DNA of 64,000 bases from Welwitschia mirabilis (taxonomy: Eukaryota). The stretch covers positions 17,246,295-17,310,294 of the forward strand of contig JBOZIK010000001.1 in assembly GCA_051453625.1 (NCBI GenBank). Reading direction: 5' to 3'. The notes under the pieces were generated by a model. The model worked only from the letters and a program-made list of their open reading frames with translations. It did no database searches and was not told the origin of the DNA. The position numbers were made by a program, and so were the translations under genes. The first letter of the stretch is position 1; each line of letters opens with the position of its first letter. Shown here piece by piece: positions 52,290 to 64,000 of this stretch.

Positions 52290-54068
52290 AGGTAGAAAGA
52301 ACCAGTTGAAAGTAGAGAAGAAACTTTAATAGAGCCCAAAAAAATAATAGTATAATTACTTAAATTAATATTTAAGAGTTTTAGCCTTTTTTGTTTTAGT
52401 AATATAGTTTACTTATATATTTGAGATATGTATAACCAATAAGTAAATGAAATTCGTAGGGTTTGAACTAAAATTTTCTTGTTTTTTTGCCTTTTTGCGT
52501 TTTTATGTTTGTTATTCTTTCTTATTGTGTTGCATATAAAATTTAATTTCTCTTAATAGTGAATATTAGGATTAGGTTTTGATCATTCTGTTTTAGCGAT
52601 TACATGAACAAAAAAATGGTGTAGGAGTTTAGAAGAGGCACATCTAGGGTTTATACCATGTTTGAGATCTATTATTGCTATGTAGATATTTTATCATATC
52701 TATAAAAACTTGCAAAAATTGTACCACATGTATAAAAACTTAGTGTAGACATAGAGAAATCGTGGCTTACCTAACACTATTGTTGGTTCTTTATTTTTGG
52801 TTAGATTCTCTAATGACCCATTTGGAGCCATTGATGTCAATATGTATACAATTGAAAACTTTGGTCAAAGGCATTATGATTTGTGGAAAATGAAAATTAC
52901 AAATGTGATACATGAGGAAGGACAACAAACTGTTCTTTTTGGAAAACCTTAAATTATCTAATGAGGAATGGTTGATCAAAGGGCCTTTGGCTTAGCTCAA
53001 AGGTGCATTGCTAATTCCATCTTGATTAAGTACCAAGAAGAAGAATATTTAATGATTCTCTGACTAGGAATGCATACAACAAGTTTTATCTCTATAAAAT
53101 GCTTCATTAGATAAACATGCAAATTTTGGAAGTAATAGATTCTAAGGTTTACAAAATGCTTCATCAAATAGATATGTCAAAATTTAGGAGCAATAGGATT
53201 TAAGGTTCTAGGTGATGAAAGTTTATTAAGTTTATTGGATGCTTTGCCAAAAATCTAAGGTTATTTGGTGATGATGAGTAGTACCAATACCTTTATAGCT
53301 AGGGACTATGCTAAAGTTATTGGTCTTGTTGCTTTGGAGGATGATCCTCTTTGATTTTTGTAGTTAGGAAAACATTTTTATGCTAACATAGAGTTCATAA
53401 AACCTAGTTGCATTGAATCTCCTAAAAGTTTTGGAAGGCCCTTCTTCTAAGGTTACAAATAACCATTTGGCAAAGACCTTAAAGTTTGTTGTAATTGCAA
53501 CATAGCTCTTCATTACCATTCCCAACCTATTTTGATCAATTTGGAAAAGGATGCTTTAGTCTTATTGATGGTTGTTTACATGTTGAGATCAACTCCAGAA
53601 AGCTTTAATCTTGTTGGTGTTGTTTACATGTTGAGATTAGATCCATATTTCAATTACTTTGCATTGGTGGAGAAGTTACCTTTTTATTAAGTGGGAGATT
53701 GTCAGTGTTTGAAGTAAAAATTTTTATTTGAACTCTTATGTAATGTTATACTTTTATTAAGAAAGATTAGCCTTTAGTACTTCATTTACATGTTGTAATT
53801 AAGGTAAGACCTATAAATAAAGGAGGGAGAAAACCACGTAATTAAATGAAGGATGAGAATTAGGGTTTCAAGCTAGGCTTGGTTAGAACCTTCATGCTAT
53901 TTAAAGTGCTTGGATCCTTACATTGTACAGTAGCAAAGTCAATTACATAACTAATACCATAGCTTTTTCTTGTGTATTTTTTTATTTTCTTTTTCTTTTT
54001 TGCCTTTTCCATGTTTCACTTTTTTTTTCCTTTTTGTTGCCACTATGCTTAAATAACTTTTCACAACA
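52290..54068 (+). mobile_element. Short non-autonomous Copia derivative retaining only gag
   Basis: Gag N-terminus IENFGQRHYDLWKMKI (~52851), LLSLLDALPK (~53223), C.NC remnant (~53487). PPT aagtgggagat is followed by a 3' LTR tg...caaca (53700-54068). A diverged 5' LTR at ~52290-52558 is followed by a PBS-like gtgaatattag. No pol motifs seen. Confidence 0.65.
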
Positions 54069-54599
54069 AATATCGTTTTTATAAATTAACTTTTTATGAC
54101 TAACTACCAAACCTAAACCCTGAAAACAATGAAATCTTGTAAGGTTAGTCACCTATAATGTTTGGCCATAAGTTAAATATCTTAAAAATTATTTATTTAC
54201 ACCTCATGCCCATTCTCACTTTGATGTTTTGATAAAGCAGAATTTCCCTTAGAAAAATTGATACTAAATACCAAATATGCTATAAAGCGTAGAAAGCCTC
54301 CAAAACTAAGAGGCTTTTCTGTCTTCTCTGTTGATGTCTCCAATTGTTTACTGTCANNNNNNNNNNNNNNNNNNNNNNNNNNNNNNNNNNNNNNNNNNNN
54401 NNNNNNNNNNNNNNNNNNNNNNNNNNNNNNNNNNNNNNNNNNNNNNNNNNNNNNNNNNNNNNNNNNNNNNNNNNNNNNNNNNNNNNNNNNNNNNNNNNNN
54501 NNNNNNNNNNNNNNNNNNNNNNNNNNNNNNNNNNNNNNNNNNNNNNNNNNNNNNNNNNNNNNNNNNNNNNNNNNNNNNNNNNNNNNNNNNNNNNNNNNN

Positions 54600-54930
54600 A
54601 ACAGAAGGGTTTGTTGTACCTGATAAAAACAACGCCCAGGAAATGTTTAGGATAAGTTTTCAGTAACTGAAAAATGAAATTCTTCATTTATCTGCTGCAA
54701 ATCATCATCCTGAATACTGTGATGGACCTCTGTCAGACTGATTTCAGAAGGGAATGAAGGAGAAAACACGGTATTGTCTAATGTATCCAACGTTTTCGAA
54801 TACTTGTGCAATGACACAGGCTGAAGAGGATTTAAGAGATGTTGCTTGGCTGTTGGATCACAATCCCAAGGTCATGATTGCCGTTGGATTTGCAGAAGGT
54901 TCAGAGTGCTCTCTGCATCTTCACAAGTAA
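54600..54930 (+). pseudogene. Decayed intronless protein-kinase fragment, opposite in orientation to the RLCK gene
   Basis: NEILHLSAANHHP (~54673; cf. [12 protein letters not shown]), VFEY (~54792) and LDHNPKVMIAVGFAEGSECSLHLHK (~54853; cf. [23 protein letters not shown]) occur in order, with stops and frameshifts. Confidence 0.6.
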
Positions 54931-55478
54931 CGTCTCTGTCTTGCTTTTACTAAACACAACATTCTCAGCTTAAAACAAAATACTCACTCCACTGTCTCAT
55001 TTGACATGTCTATGGATTATCGTTCCCACTGGCATCTGTCGGTTACTATGGTCTATTCTAGTTAATCATGAACAAGGATAATTTAATTATTATATTACGT
55101 TAAACATGAGACTGTTGTTAGGCTAATCATGCTAATGCATCAACATCATATCGTATAGATCGTTAGAATCATTATAAATTGTCATAGAGGTTCTTGTAGC
55201 TTATATTCGTGACGAAACTAAAGGAGAATAATTGCAGATCAGCAAGAGCACTAGCTTTTCAGTAACGGAAGTTAAGAGGCATCTTAATTATACACAGTGC
55301 TTTGGATCTCATGTTCAGTTGCAGAAGAGATTTGGTGCTGAAATGCACTAGTGGTTTAAACCAACCAGAATTCAAATCGAGTCTTCAAATCCATCATCAC
55401 AGCTTAAATATTCTAACCACAAAAACACAAAGCTCCAACATGAAAATTACAGAGATCAAAAGGCGAATAAGGACATAC

Positions 55479-55521
55479 GCGAAGAGGAACCGACGCCACT
55501 GGATGCTCGAGATCTAAAAGA
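55479..55521 (-). other. Candidate 5' exon end with splice donor, possibly the first or UTR exon of the RLCK gene
   Basis: CpG-rich patch followed on the minus strand by cgc|GTATGT (55478-55473) and T-rich intron-like sequence. The rest lies in the N gap. Confidence 0.35.
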
Positions 55522-56639
55522 NNNNNNNNNNNNNNNNNNNNNNNNNNNNNNNNNNNNNNNNNNNNNNNNNNNNNNNNNNNNNNNNNNNNNNNNNNNNNNN
55601 NNNNNNNNNNNNNNNNNNNNNNNNNNNNNNNNNNNNNNNNNNNNNNNNNNNNNNNNNNNNNNNNNNNNNNNNNNNNNNNNNNNNNNNNNNNNNNNNNNNN
55701 NNNNNNNNNNNNNNNNNNNNNNNNNNNNNNNNNNNNNNNNNNNNNNNNNNNNNNNNNNNNNNNNNNNNNNNNNNNNNNNNNNNNNNNNNNNNNNNNNNNN
55801 NNNNNNNNNNNNNNNNNNNNNNNNNNNNNNNNNNNNNNNNNNNNNNNNNNNNNNNNNNNNNNNNNNNNNNNNNNNNNNNNNNNNNNNNNNNNNNNNNNNN
55901 NNNNNNNNNNNNNNNNNNNNNNNNNNNNNNNNNNNNNNNNNNNNNNNNNNNNNNNNNNNNNNTTCATTAGGAGAGCTAGCAAAAAGTTTACATTTTTCTT
56001 TTCTTGGAAATTTGGCAAATATTTAGATTCAACTCTGAGGTTGGTCTTTGCTGTTAAACATCTGGAAAATGAATTATTTTTAAACTTTGTTAAATATGGC
56101 ACAGTTTAGATCTGTTTGTTTTTTAAAAATATTAAAATGAATGTTTTATTTTTTATTGTAAAGGTTAAAATGATATGAAATTAGAAACATTTAGTTGTTT
56201 CTTAAGACGTTCACACAAAATGTTTAACTTAGAGACTTTAGGGACNNNNNNNNNNNNNNNNNNNNNNNNNNNNNNNNNNNNNNNNNNNNNNNNNNNNNNN
56301 NNNNNNNNNNNNNNNNNNNNNNNNNNNNNNNNNNNNNNNNNNNNNAAAAACGTTCACACAAAATGTTTAACTTAGAGACTTTAGGGACTATTACTTTCTT
56401 CAAAGTTATAGATAAGTAAAATATACAAAGTTAAATCTACAATCTCCTATATAGAAGATAAGTCTTTCACCAATGGGACTGTCACCGTATTGGAAAAGTT
56501 TATGCAAATTAAATATTTATAACTTATATTAGAAGTATAATACTTTAAAATCTAAATATAGTTTCTTAATCCTTATCCTTCTTGTTATAGGAAGAATCCC
56601 TCAATGTTGTAATGTTATATCTTATATACTATAATAGTG

Positions 56640-57300
56640 GCCAGGGAATGTTTGTAGTGGGCAAAAGATATTAATAAAGGTATTAATAAAAATGTTCTTT
56701 TTATCAAGTTGGATTATGCTAAGTTTTACAATCCAATTAAGTTGGATTTCATTCTTCAAGTTCTACCTAAGTTTGTCTTTGGTCCTAAATTACTTGATAT
56801 TGTTAGCTATTTATTTGTGACGCTAATGCTTGAATAGCTATAAATTTTAGTGCTAGCTCTTATTTTACTATTCATTATTGAGTGAGGCAAGGTTGTCCTT
56901 TAGTGCCTTATCTATTATTTACCCTAGAAAATTTTCTTTTTCATTAGGTTTAATAGAATATTTAAAGTAATGCTACAAAGGGCATCATTCTCTTTGATCT
57001 TAATAATCAAATTCTCAGTACATATTTTCCTAACAAGTCCTTCTTTTTAATCAATAATGATTCTAATAATATTAATCAATTTTTGTACTAAACTAACAAT
57101 AATTTCTATCTTTCAATGTATTTTATTAATTGGTTAAAATCATCTATTTATAATTTTACATGAAATTATTAAAATTTATGAGATAAGAGTTGAAAATTTG
57201 TGTAAGATTAAGACATTCTTAAGATTTTAGGGATTTCTTCTAGTTTCCAAGTTTTTTCTTCTTTTCTTTGAGATTAGGCTCTTGTTGGAGTTCAGAAAAA
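56640..57300 (+). mobile_element. LINE RT fragment
   Basis: FIKLDYAKFYN...DFILQVL (~56700) and VRQGCPLVPYL (~56882). Confidence 0.7.
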
Positions 57301-57399
57301 TATTAAAAATGGAAAATAAGATCTCTTATCCTAGTAGATAAGTTCCTAGTTTATAAGACTATTCTAGTTTCTACTCATGCTTATTATTCCCCTTGTTAG

Positions 57400-58950
57400 G
57401 CACTTTCTTAGATCATGTACTAGACATTAAATTTATTATTTAGGAATATCATGTAATCATCTAAATATTCTCAAAAAGTATTTCATCATAAAGCATGGAT
57501 ATAACTACTTCACATAAAAATTGAGGTAGTCTAGGTTGTATGAATTCTTTTTAATCATGGTCTTATGTTGGTGAACTAGTAGCTTTTCTAGCATCTAGAT
57601 TCTTAAAATATTACTAGGAAATTATTATAGCTCCATTTTTAGCAAGATTTTCCTCAAAAATAAGACCGTTTGTGAAGGCATTTAATGTATTAATTTGATT
57701 ATCTTTTCACAAAAATCTAATACTTAAGCATAAATGTTTTTCATAGTATTTAGAGAGCTTGAAAAAAATTATTTGGATTAATTGATTAGGAAAAATACTT
57801 TTATGCATTTAAATATCCTTACTTATGTTTGTCCTTAATGGCTGTTATTTTCATCTACTCTAATTTCTTCCATGGATGTTAGGTTATCAACTTGTTTATA
57901 TTAGAAAGATGTTATATTTCTAAATTTTGTAAGGTTAACAGGTCAATAGATTTCCTAGGAATAATTAANNNNNNNNNNNNNNNNNNNNNNNNNNNNNNNN
58001 NNNNNNNNNNNNNNNNNNNNNNNNNNNNNNNNNNNNNNNNNNNNNNNNNNNNNNNNNNNNNNNNNNNNCAACAGGAATAGTAACTTAATAATTTTTGCAT
58101 TTAAACCTTTTACTTTTTGTAGTTAATTCATAGTCCATTTTCTTTTGTTTCTTGTTATTACATAATTTAGCATAAATAAGAACATAACCATTTCTAGTAA
58201 ATGCCTTTAGAAAAGTTTGGAAACTTCTAGTACTTCCAAATATTAAGTATTTTCTTTGGTATTTTCTTTATCAATTTTATTTATTGATGTCAAACTTTAG
58301 TAGATGGGCATCTATAAGCTAGTATGCCTTTAGTCTAATGTATTTGAAAGTTTTAATCATGTTTTCTAGCAATATCCTTATACTAGAAACAACTATATTT
58401 GGATATGCAAAATACTTTAGAACATTCAACTTTTAAAAAATGTAGTATTCTTTAGATTTCATCCAAATATCACTACTCATCTCAACTTTCTTTATAGATT
58501 TATCCATCTTATTAATTTATATCAAATTTGCAAGTGTGGATGCAATCTAGCATTTCCTAGGATAAAGTATTTCACTTTCCATCATTTAATTATTTAGGAA
58601 AAATCTAATATTTTGTCAGATATTTAACTTCAAGTTTAAACTCAAGGGAAGAAGGCCTAACTTAAGGTTAATTACCTTATATACTTCTCAAGCATTGGTT
58701 AATGGATCATAGTTTGTTATTACTTTCTATTAGTTAGCTATAGTCATAAAATCAGAAATTAAAACTTTCATATAATGTCTTTTCTAAGTTCTATTTAGCT
58801 TTATCTTTATTTTAATCAAACTAGTAGTTTTGTGTTTAGGTCATGATGCATTATTTTCTAGGTTTTAAAAGCATACTTATGCTTTAATTCATGGAGCCTT
58901 AATTTTCACACCTTTTTTAATTATAATGAAAATATGTTTTAGGGATTAAC
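57400..58950 (-). mobile_element. Highly decayed LINE ORF2 remnant
   Basis: On the minus strand, KAP (~58900), FILG (~58560; FIPGR-like) and a zf-RVT-like FCEV..S (~57520) occur in LINE order. Confidence 0.45.
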
Positions 58951-60252
58951 ATTCTAAAGTAGTTATATGAGTTTAAAATCTAACTAAAAATGAAAGTAAA
59001 TGAAAATAATATTATAAGAAATAAGTGTTACTACTAAATATTTAAAAATGTATACAATTTACAAGATGGGTTATTAATCCAATTATATTGTCCTTAGTAA
59101 CTCTTTTGTTTTAGATATATAAGCTTGGATAATTATATATGATTAATTCCATTTATTTAGAGTAGTATTAATAATGAAATAGAACTTCTTCAAAATATTT
59201 ATAGTAAATTTCCTTCTTTATCTGAGAAAACATATGAAGGAATCAAAAGATTAACTTTAAGGAAGCTAGTAGATGTAGATTGATTAAATTAAAAAACATT
59301 AGAGTGGATGGATTACTTTCTCAAAAAGAAGTTAAGGATAAAACTCAACCATGCATTAGAATTTGGATTAGAAGTAGAAACATATATTAACATGACTACT
59401 ATATTATTTAAAAAGGTAAATAATAAATTTTAACTAAACTTAGTTTAGTTAAATTTTAATCCTTTTGTAAAACTCCTTTAAACTATCATTAAAGTAAAGA
59501 TTTATAGTTGCATAGAGGAAAATAGACTTCATGGTATTTCTCAAGAAGATTATAGCTAATATCATTCTATAGTGGATTNNNNNNNNNNNNNNNNNNNNNN
59601 NNNNNNNNNNNNNNNNNNNNNNNNNNNNNNNNNNNNNNNNNNNNNNNNNNNNATTTGATTTAACTACTGAAAATAAAAATTAATAATGATTATAGAATAT
59701 TGAAGTTTTAGCAAACTTTATAATTTGTAAGTTATAAGCTATATAAAGAGGCAGATATGTAGCTTAAAAAAAAATGTAAAAAAAATCTCAGTAAAGAATA
59801 AGTTTTCACAAATTTATTGATGTTAAGCAATATTGCCCTCTCGATTCTACACTTTTTGAGATTTCTAGTGATGAACTAAAGGTTTGAATAAATAAAATCT
59901 CTCCTNNNNNNNNNNNNNNNNNNNNNNNNNNNNNNNNNNNNNNNNNNNNNNNNNNNNNNNNNNNNNNNNNNNNNNNNNNNNNNNNNNNNNNNNNNNNNNN
60001 NNNNNCAAACTTTATAATTTGTAAGTTACAAGCTATATAAAGAGGCAGATATGTAGCTTAGAAAAAAAGGAAAAAAATCTTAGTAAAGAATAATTTTTCA
60101 TAACTTTATTGACGGTAAGCAATATTGCCCTCTCAATTATACACTTTTTGAAATTTCTAGTGATGAACTAAAGGTTTGAATAAATAAAATCTCTTCTAAT
60201 CATTCTACAAAAATAGGAAATTATCCTATAAATCACTTATTCTTTGTAGATG

Positions 60253-63200
60253 TGTTGCGCTAGCAACTTATGTATATTTAATAGCATTTTTTAAGTGGTT
60301 TTGCAGGTAAATAGATAAGTAAGTACTTGATTTCCATGATAAGAGAGAGCTAAGATGAAAAGGATGGAAACATTCAAATCTCCATGATAATTTATAGCAT
60401 TCTAAATAGATCTAAATTCTTAATATTTCTGAGGAAAAATTCTTATAAAACATTAAGGCTAATGTAATAATTGAATATTTATCAAAGACCATCATCCACC
60501 TCATCATTAGGATGACTATATGAATGACTATGCCAACTTGATGCTAACTGTAGTCTATCTAGTAACTGATGTGGATGAATTATGAGGTGGCATTATCTCC
60601 TCTATCATTTGAATGGCTAGCTACATAACACAATTGCAACATCTATATTGAACATTTATCAAAATTCTNNNNNNNNNNNNNNNNNNNNNNNNNNNNNNNN
60701 NNNNNNNNNNNNNNNNNNNNNNNNNNNNNNNNNNNNNNNNNNNNNNNNNNNNNNNNNNNNNNNNNNNNNNNNNNNNNNNNNNNNNNNNNNNNNNNNNNNN
60801 NNNNNNNNNNNNNNNNNNNNNNNNNNNNNNNNNNNNNNNNNNNNNNNNNNNNNNNNNNNNNNNNNNNNNNNNNNNNNNNNNNNNNNNNNNNNNNNNNNNN
60901 NNNNNNNNNNNNNNNNNNNNNNNNNNNNNNNNNNNNNNNNNNNNNNNNNNNNNNNNNNNNNNNNNNNNNNNNNNNNNNNNNNNNNNNNNNNNNNNNNNNN
61001 NNNNNNNNNNNNNNNNNNNNNNNNNNNNNNNNNNNNNNNNNNNNNNNNNNNNNNNNNNNNNNNNNNNNNNNNNNNNNNNNNNNNNNNNNNNNNNNNNNNN
61101 NNNNNNNNNNNNNNNNNNNNNNNNNNNNNNNNNNNNNNNNNNNNNNNNNNNNNNNNNNNNNNNNNNNNNNNNNNNNNNNNNNNNNNNNNNNNNNNNNNNN
61201 NNNNNNNNNNNNNNNNNNNNNNNNNNNNNNNNNNNNNNNNNNNNNNNNNNNNNNNNNNNNNNNNNNNNNNNNNNNNNNNNNNNNNNNNNNNNNNNNNNNN
61301 NNNNNNNNNNNNNNNNNNNNNNNNNNNNNNNNNNNNNNNNNNNNNNNNNNNNNNNNNNNNNNNNNNNNNNNNNNNNNNNNNNNNNNNNNNNNNNNNNNNN
61401 NNNNNNNNNNNNNNNNNNNNNNNNNNNNNNNNNNNNNNNNNNNNNNNNNNNNNNNNNNNNNNNNNNNNNNNNNNNNNNNNNNNNNNNNNNNNNNNNNNNN
61501 NNNNNNNNNNNNNNNNNNNNNCTCCTTTTAACTTATCTCTTGTTGATGATGTTGAACTTTGTAACTTAAATGTCTATCCTACCTTTAGTAGAGAACTCGA
61601 TGAAAATCCTTTACAACACATCACCAATATAGAACAACTTATTCTTCATTTTGAAAATAGTTAAAAATTATAAGTGATAGAACCTACATGATCATCTTCT
61701 CCATCACTTATGAGATAAAGCAAAATTATAGCTTAGAAAAAGTTTCCACAAGAGTCTAAAATCTTCGAGTCAAATTTAAGAAGCGTTTATTAAGAGATTT
61801 ATGAGTTAAACCACCATNNNNNNNNNNNNNNNNNNNNNNNNNNNNNNNNNNNNNNNNNNNNNNNNNNNNNNNNNNNNNNNNNNNNNNNNNNNATTTGTTT
61901 CTTTACATTTAAATCTTATAGATGCCTTTTCACAAGTAGAACTTATCAACTATTTTTATAATGGATTAAATAGTTACACAATGAAACTTATAGATCTTTC
62001 ATATGAAGGAAACATATTAAACCAAATCCTAAATGATGCTTGAAAAGTATTGGAAGATTTATTTGAAGTGAGTCAAATAATGCCGAAATCCTTAGTTAGG
62101 GAAAATTAAACTATAGGCCATATTANNNNNNNNNNAGATCTAAAGGAGGTAAAACACGAGAAAAATAAAACAAGAACAAAAAATAAACCAACTAATGTTA
62201 TAAATAATTTCACCTCTACCTTACAAAAGTACACCCAAATGATTCTTGATGCTAAGGTGGCAACCAAAAAGAGTGAAGTTATAGTTCCTACCTCTGATTT
62301 GTGTGAAGATAGTTATCATGTTACTAAAGAATGTCCTTTTCTTTTCACTTACAAAAATAAAACTTATGAGAAAGCTCGTGTCTTTAACTAGAAATCTTTA
62401 AGGTATAACCAATATCAAAATCAAAATCAAAGAAAAGTTCAAAATCATAATAACTTTCAACATGGGATTAGTGAATAACCTAACTCTAAAATTTTTAAAC
62501 ACACCATCCTAATTTCTAACCTTTTAAAAANNNNNNNNNNNNNNNNNNNNNNNNNNNNNNNNNNNNNNNNNNNNNNNNNNNNNNNNNNNNNNNNNNNNNN
62601 NNNNNNNNNNNNNNNNNNNNNNNNNNNNNNTGCCTTTAACCAAAAATCTTTAAAGTATAACCAACATCAAAATCAAAATCAAAGAAAAGTCTAAAATCAC
62701 AATAACTTTCAACATAGGATGAGTGAATAACCTATCTCTAAAATTTTTAAAGACACCATTCTAATTTCTAACCTTTCAAAAAATAGATTTGAGAACTCAA
62801 ACTTTTCATCTAATAACTCAAATAACTTGGCAAGCTTATTCAACTTCCAAAACTATAGTGATCCTCTTAGGAATTCCATTGAGAAGTTGAGAAAATCATT
62901 AAAAAAAAAGACAGACTTAAACATTGAAAAGACAAATATCAACATTTAAAACCTTGTGCGAATCCTACAATAAACTATGCTTGCCAATCAAATATCACAA
63001 GGGTCTCTTACCACTTAACCTTTACTTAATCCAAATGAAGTTATAAAAGATTTTAAGATGATGATAAAAAGTGAAAATGATACAACTCTTTCTACTCATG
63101 AGGCTTAGAAAACCATTCTTTCCCTTCTTCATTAAGTAACAAAAAGAAATATCTTTCACAAAAAAACCTTCTACCTCATGGCTTGATAGGCTTAACACAA

Positions 63201-64000
63201 ACCCTATTTTTAATGATCATTTAAAAGACTTAATAAAAAATGTGAGTATTAACTTACCATTTTGGAAACTTTTACAAAAATAACCCAAGGTATTCTAAGG
63301 TATGGAAAGACTTAATAAGAAGAAAACAAAAGTAGATATTCCTAGTAAATTCTTTCTAGCTCAATCCATTAGCAATTTGATTTGCTAAAAATGTCTAAAG
63401 TTTAAAGATTTGGGAGCAACAACTATGAGCATCACCTTAGAAGGAAATCATATAATAAAGAAAGCCTTGATATATATTCTAGCTAGTGTCAACATTATAT
63501 CCTTGCACATTTGTCAATGTCTTAGTTTTAAAGAAAGAGTAGAACCTACATGAATTATCTTAGAGTTAATTGATACTTCTATAAAGAAACTATTACATGT
63601 GATCAAGGACTTGGTTATCTAAATAGAAAAAGCTTGCTACATCATTGATGTTGTAGTTTTAGAAGTTAAGAATATGATGGATATTCTTTATTTCTAGGTA
63701 GATATTTCTNNNNNNNNNNNNNNNNNNNNNNNNNNNNNNNNNNNNNNNNNNNNNNNNNNNNNNNNNNNNNNNNNNNNNNNNNNNNNNNNNNNNNNNNNNN
63801 NNNNNNNNNTCTATTCATGAGGCTTAGAAAACCATTCTTTTCCTTCTTCATTAAGTAACAAAAAGAAAGATCTTTCACAAAAAAAACCTTGCTACCTCAT
63901 GGCTTGATAGGCTTAACACAAATCCTATTTTTAATGATCATCTAAAAGACTTAATGCAAAATGTGAGTATTAACTTACCATTTTAGAAACTTTTACAAAA
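60253..64000 (+). mobile_element. Athila-like element of the same family as 668-12500: 5' LTR start, gag and protease region, running off the window
   Basis: 60253-60668 aligns with LTR 668-1050. 61520-63710 aligns with 3030-4980, for example atgtgagtattaacttaccattttggaaact vs atgtgagtataaatttaccaatttggaaact, and tttaaagatttgggagcaac vs tttaaagatcctagggtagc. Confidence 0.85.

Noticed and set aside
56205-56390. Repeat acgttcacacaaaatgtttaacttagagactttagggac flanking a gap
   Set aside because: Gap-flank duplication, most likely an assembly artefact.
59713-60195. ~190-bp direct repeat across a gap
   Set aside because: Abuts an N run and may be an allelic or overlap artefact; cannot be verified here.
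60648-61664. Long ORFs in the track made mainly of X (also 21081-21500, 35944-36282, 54258-54687, 55413-56102)
   Set aside because: Artefacts of translating N runs.
62380-64000. Duplications 62380-62530/62631-62780 and 63095-63280/63810-64000
   Set aside because: Each restarts at a gap edge inside a multicopy TE; likely mis-joined family copies.

Overview
This is AT-rich, gap-ridden land-plant nuclear DNA, mostly heavily eroded retroelements. It holds (i) a cluster of Athila-like Ty3/Gypsy pieces (1-16.3 kb, and another copy from 60.25 kb to the end), (ii) a 91-bp tandem array, (iii) a decayed Ty1/Copia element with both LTRs and a PBS (22.95-31.05 kb), (iv) several L1-type LINE remnants, the largest at 40.4-44.6 kb on the minus strand, and (v) a short gag-only Copia derivative. 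The one recognisable host gene is a minus-strand RLCK-VII (PBS1/PBL-like) kinase with three clean GT-AG exons (52036-50843). Its Gly-rich-loop exon is not visible, its 3' end is duplicated about 3.3 kb downstream, and an inverted intronless kinase relic lies upstream. The most unusual signal is a ~3.0-kb LTR-less, integrase-less RT/RNase H segment present twice (25.9-28.9 kb inside the Copia element, and 35.0-38.0 kb). The second copy is flanked by an inverted, diverged relative with Zn-knuckle-like, 30K movement-protein-like and aspartic-protease-like motifs. This is a candidate fossil endogenous caulimovirid with a CP-MP-AP-RT order; the call is inference from degenerate motifs and needs HMM confirmation. 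All alignments and translations were done by eye, so boundaries of decayed elements are approximate.
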